From assembly GCA_038087875.1 (NCBI GenBank), contig JAXLNO010000073.1, positions 558,001 to 622,000 of the forward strand: 64,000 bases of DNA, given 5' to 3'. Source of the stretch: Malacoraja senta (taxonomy: Eukaryota). The notes below the pieces were generated by a model. That model worked only from the letters and a program-made list of their open reading frames with translations, was not told the DNA's origin and made no database searches. The translations under genes were made by a program, and so were the position numbers. Below are positions 61,012 through 64,000 of the stretch, in pieces; position 1 is the first letter of the stretch, and each line of letters begins with the position of its first letter.

Positions 61012-63483
61012 TGACGCAAACCCCATTAAAAATACTCTTCAATCACATTGATTCACAACACAAATACTTTAATAACATTAGGATAACATCAACAAATTTT
61101 GCCGGGACAACGCGGGTGCTGGTCAATCACCTCGCACAGACAGAGACACTCCAGAAGTTCTGAGGATCGACCACGAACCTCGCGATCAGTCTTTTATATG
61201 CCCCGCGAACCTGAGGGCCGAACCACAGAGGGGGTTGTCCTACACTTACCCAATGACAGATATCGATTAACCCCATACATAACAGACATCTCCCTAACCC
61301 AATAATACAACAGCTCAATACATTGTATTCCTAGCAAACTCCAGGGTGAAGTCAACTATTGAAAGATATAAGGTACACAAAAATGCTGGAGAAACTCAGC
61401 GGGTGCAGCAGCATCTATGGAGCGAAGGAAATAGGTAACGTTTCGGGCCGAAACCCTTCTTCAGACCCTGATTTACAGGGTTTCCAGACAAGGCTTAACA
61501 CTTCATCCAATAAACATCCAGCAGAGTCAGAGTCTGCAACATTATATATAACTTATTTACAAATGTATATCTAGTTTGCAACCACCCAATCCCTTCTATG
61601 CATTTGGTATCAGATTGACAAAACTTGCAGGTTCCCAACCCTTTTGCATATAAATTGTATCTAAGCTCCAGACCATCTGGCACCTCTCGCAGCCTGTCCC
61701 AGCTCTGCAGAGATCATTCCCAATCTGACCAAATCTCCCAACAAGCCCTGTAACTTAGCCCCATTTTAGAGTCCTGACTGGTCCAATTTAGCTAGGATTT
61801 ACATTCCTTCCTTTTATCATTATGATAATCCATCATAAATGATAACCAAAGTAGCTTAGTTACCAGCTAGCCAGATATACATGTGTGTGCTTTACATTTC
61901 CCTTTGTATCAGTAGCACAAGATGATGTGTTTTCTTCTCAGAATCTTGTAAAACGTCCCGAGTTTGCATGGGCATAAATACACAAGTCCTGTCGGAGGAA
62001 TCTTCACCTCCCGAGTTTTCATTGGCGCGAACTCCCTCCATCCGTGCTCCTGCCCAGTCTTCCATCACCTTCCAGTTGAACCTAGATCATAGAAAAACCT
62101 CAAAAACACTTTGGACAAAGCAAGTTACCATTATACCATACAGTTCCTCTTTTAACCATCTCCAATCATACTCCAATTTTTACCCTTTTATATTAAATCC
62201 CAATCTTAATTCCAATTGCTGCTTCTAATTGCAATTGTACTCTCATATTCCCTCACTAATTCCATATTGCCAGATTCCCTCACTAACTCCATACTCCACA
62301 GAGAATTAATTTCTTCCGAATAATTTCTTTAAAGGCAATTCTTCAGAGTAAGGTCTGTCCCATAATGAATGGCGGTGCTGGCTCGAAGGGCTGAATGGCC
62401 TCCTCCTGCACCTGTTTTCTATGTTTCTACGTCACTGCCGGGCATTGATGCTATTTCTAGAAAAGTTCTTAAGATGTCTCTCATCCTCCTTCCTTTTGTC
62501 TTCCTTTTATCTTCCTAGTAACGGTGGCATGAGGTAAGGCACTCGGGCAGGCTCTTTTCTTCTCCCTCTTAACGATGGTACTTGTTGTTGGGGAGTGGGG
62601 GGGTCGCTGATTTTTCAGATATTGCTAAGGGGCAGGACAGTGTCAAATTCTTTCCAGTTGGTTTCCCATTCCCTGGGGAATTACATTACCTTCCGTTGTT
62701 CTCCTCCTGCTCTCAGAGGTCTGTATTCTTTTTACCTCGCTCCCCAGGCAGTGGTTCTTTTGCTGACACACAGCCCTGCAGATATAAAACTCAGCAACAG
62801 TATCTTCATTCCCCACTCCAGATCCCCCTGCACAATTAACGTATTGGTTCTTTCCCTAGTGCCCTTTTTTTACCTCTCTTCCGTTGGTATGTGTCCCACC
62901 TAGCTACTGTGTTGCCTTCCATCTTTCCTTCTTTCCCGAGAGTTTCTGGGAGTCAGTTGGAATGTTTTCCCAGTAATGGAAAGGGGAGATGTATCAGTAC
63001 TTCATTCAAGGCAGAGGACACCTTTAAATTCATTTAGATGGTGTGTGTGGGTGTCCACTGCCAGGTTAGAGCCATTTAGGTGGATTAGGTGGTTGATCTG
63101 GCCCTCCCCCTGGTTCTTCTTGGTTCCCCTGTCAGTGTCCCCGTCCTCTGCCCTCAGGGTCACTGGGACCTTGGTTTCCCCGACCTTGTTGATGTCTCCT
63201 CTGTCCCCTTTCCCTGGAATGTGCCCTCATTGGACAAGACCTACTCCAATGTCCCAGTCCTCCGCAGTTGTAGCATTGGTCAGGTCGAATATTTCCACAG
63301 CCTCTCCAACCAAACCTGGGTAGTGAGGGTTCGGTGAAAGGGAAGATCTATCCAGGCTTTCAAATCTTCCTCTTCCTGATCCACACTAGCTCTAACCTCC
63401 TTCATCTGGACTTCCAGTCTCCTGGCCACTGTGGGACCTGACTGTTGTGGTACTGGATTGTCTGTAGCCTAGGGCTCGCCCAT
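61012..63483 (-). mobile_element. LTR-retroelement/ERV-like remnant: gag zinc knuckle and 3' LTR
   Basis: CYNCGGLGHWSRSC at 63234-63275 (-). LTR-like segment with TATA (catataaaag, 61191-61200), attaaa (61068-61073) and end ...gtttgcgtCA at 61012. Confidence 0.55.
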
Positions 63484-63484
63484 A

Positions 63485-64000
63485 CCTGAAGCAATGAAAT
63501 GTCTTTATTTGTCGTTGTAAGGACCGCATACAACAAAATTGTTTTTGCCACTCCATTGGTGCATAATATACAAACATAAAAACACAGGACACAATTTAAA
63601 AACAATGTTAAAAACGAGGTATCAAGATAAGTAAGTAATCAGTATTGCACATGGTGATAGTAAAGTACAAGGTGGGTAGCAGCATGGAAGAGTGCAGCAT
63701 GAATAATACTCAGTGTTTTTTCATATTCAGTGTGAATATTGCTTTGGGGAAGAAACTGTCTCTGAGTCTGGAGGTGCGTGTTTTGACTGAACACCACTCT
63801 GACAGTCGCTGTATCTCGTCCCTGCATGCTGACTCGTCCCCCCCCCCTGAGATGAGCCCAACGACAGTTGTGTCATCAGCAAATTTAATAATCATGTTGG
63901 AAGGGTGGGCGGGTGTACAGTCATAGGTGTATAAGGAGTAGAGGAGTGGACTAAGCACACAGCCTTGAGGTGCGCCAGTGCTTAGTGTGATGGAGGAGGA
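63485..64000 (-). mobile_element. Rex1/Babar-like LINE RT fragment with internal deletion and 3' tail
   Basis: TGAPQGCVLSPLLYSLYTYDC...IIKFADDTTVVGLI fused directly to RTSRLRDSFFPKAI; tail gacaaataaagacatttca. Confidence 0.82.

Overview
Eukaryotic, repeat-dense genomic DNA. The repeat set (CR1 LINEs with esterase ORF1, V-SINE/HE1-type tRNA SINEs, Penelope-like remnants, L1/Tx1, Rex/L2-type tails) points to a cartilaginous fish, probably a skate or ray (inference). A 200-N assembly gap lies at 18467-18666. Host genes: (i) a CpG-island first exon plus an in-phase ancestral-KRAB exon resembling the PRDM9/PRDM7/SSX N-terminus (8862-9720), with no PR/SET or zinc-finger exons visible; (ii) a Siglec/MAG-like Ig receptor gene on + (leader 22640-22679, V-set 28266-28634, Ig 31223-31516, Ig 35153-35434, TM 46847-46956) whose tyrosine-motif tail exon (48567-48623) lies downstream of a stop codon. 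The most striking object is an intact HERO/R2-type (restriction-like endonuclease) non-LTR retrotransposon on -, present as a seamless head-to-tail ~1.4-mer (3304-8669) with no poly(A) or TSD. It abuts the host CpG island, and each 3' UTR carries the full hammerhead core (GUA, CUGAUGA, GAAAC) with complementary stems in a non-canonical, pseudoknotted order. This suggests, as an untested hypothesis, ribozyme-processed unit-length or circular RNA intermediates. Also present: two MITEs with TSDs, Gypsy/ERV-like LTR remnants, a local triplication and several minisatellites. Family assignments come from motif recognition only; no database search was run.
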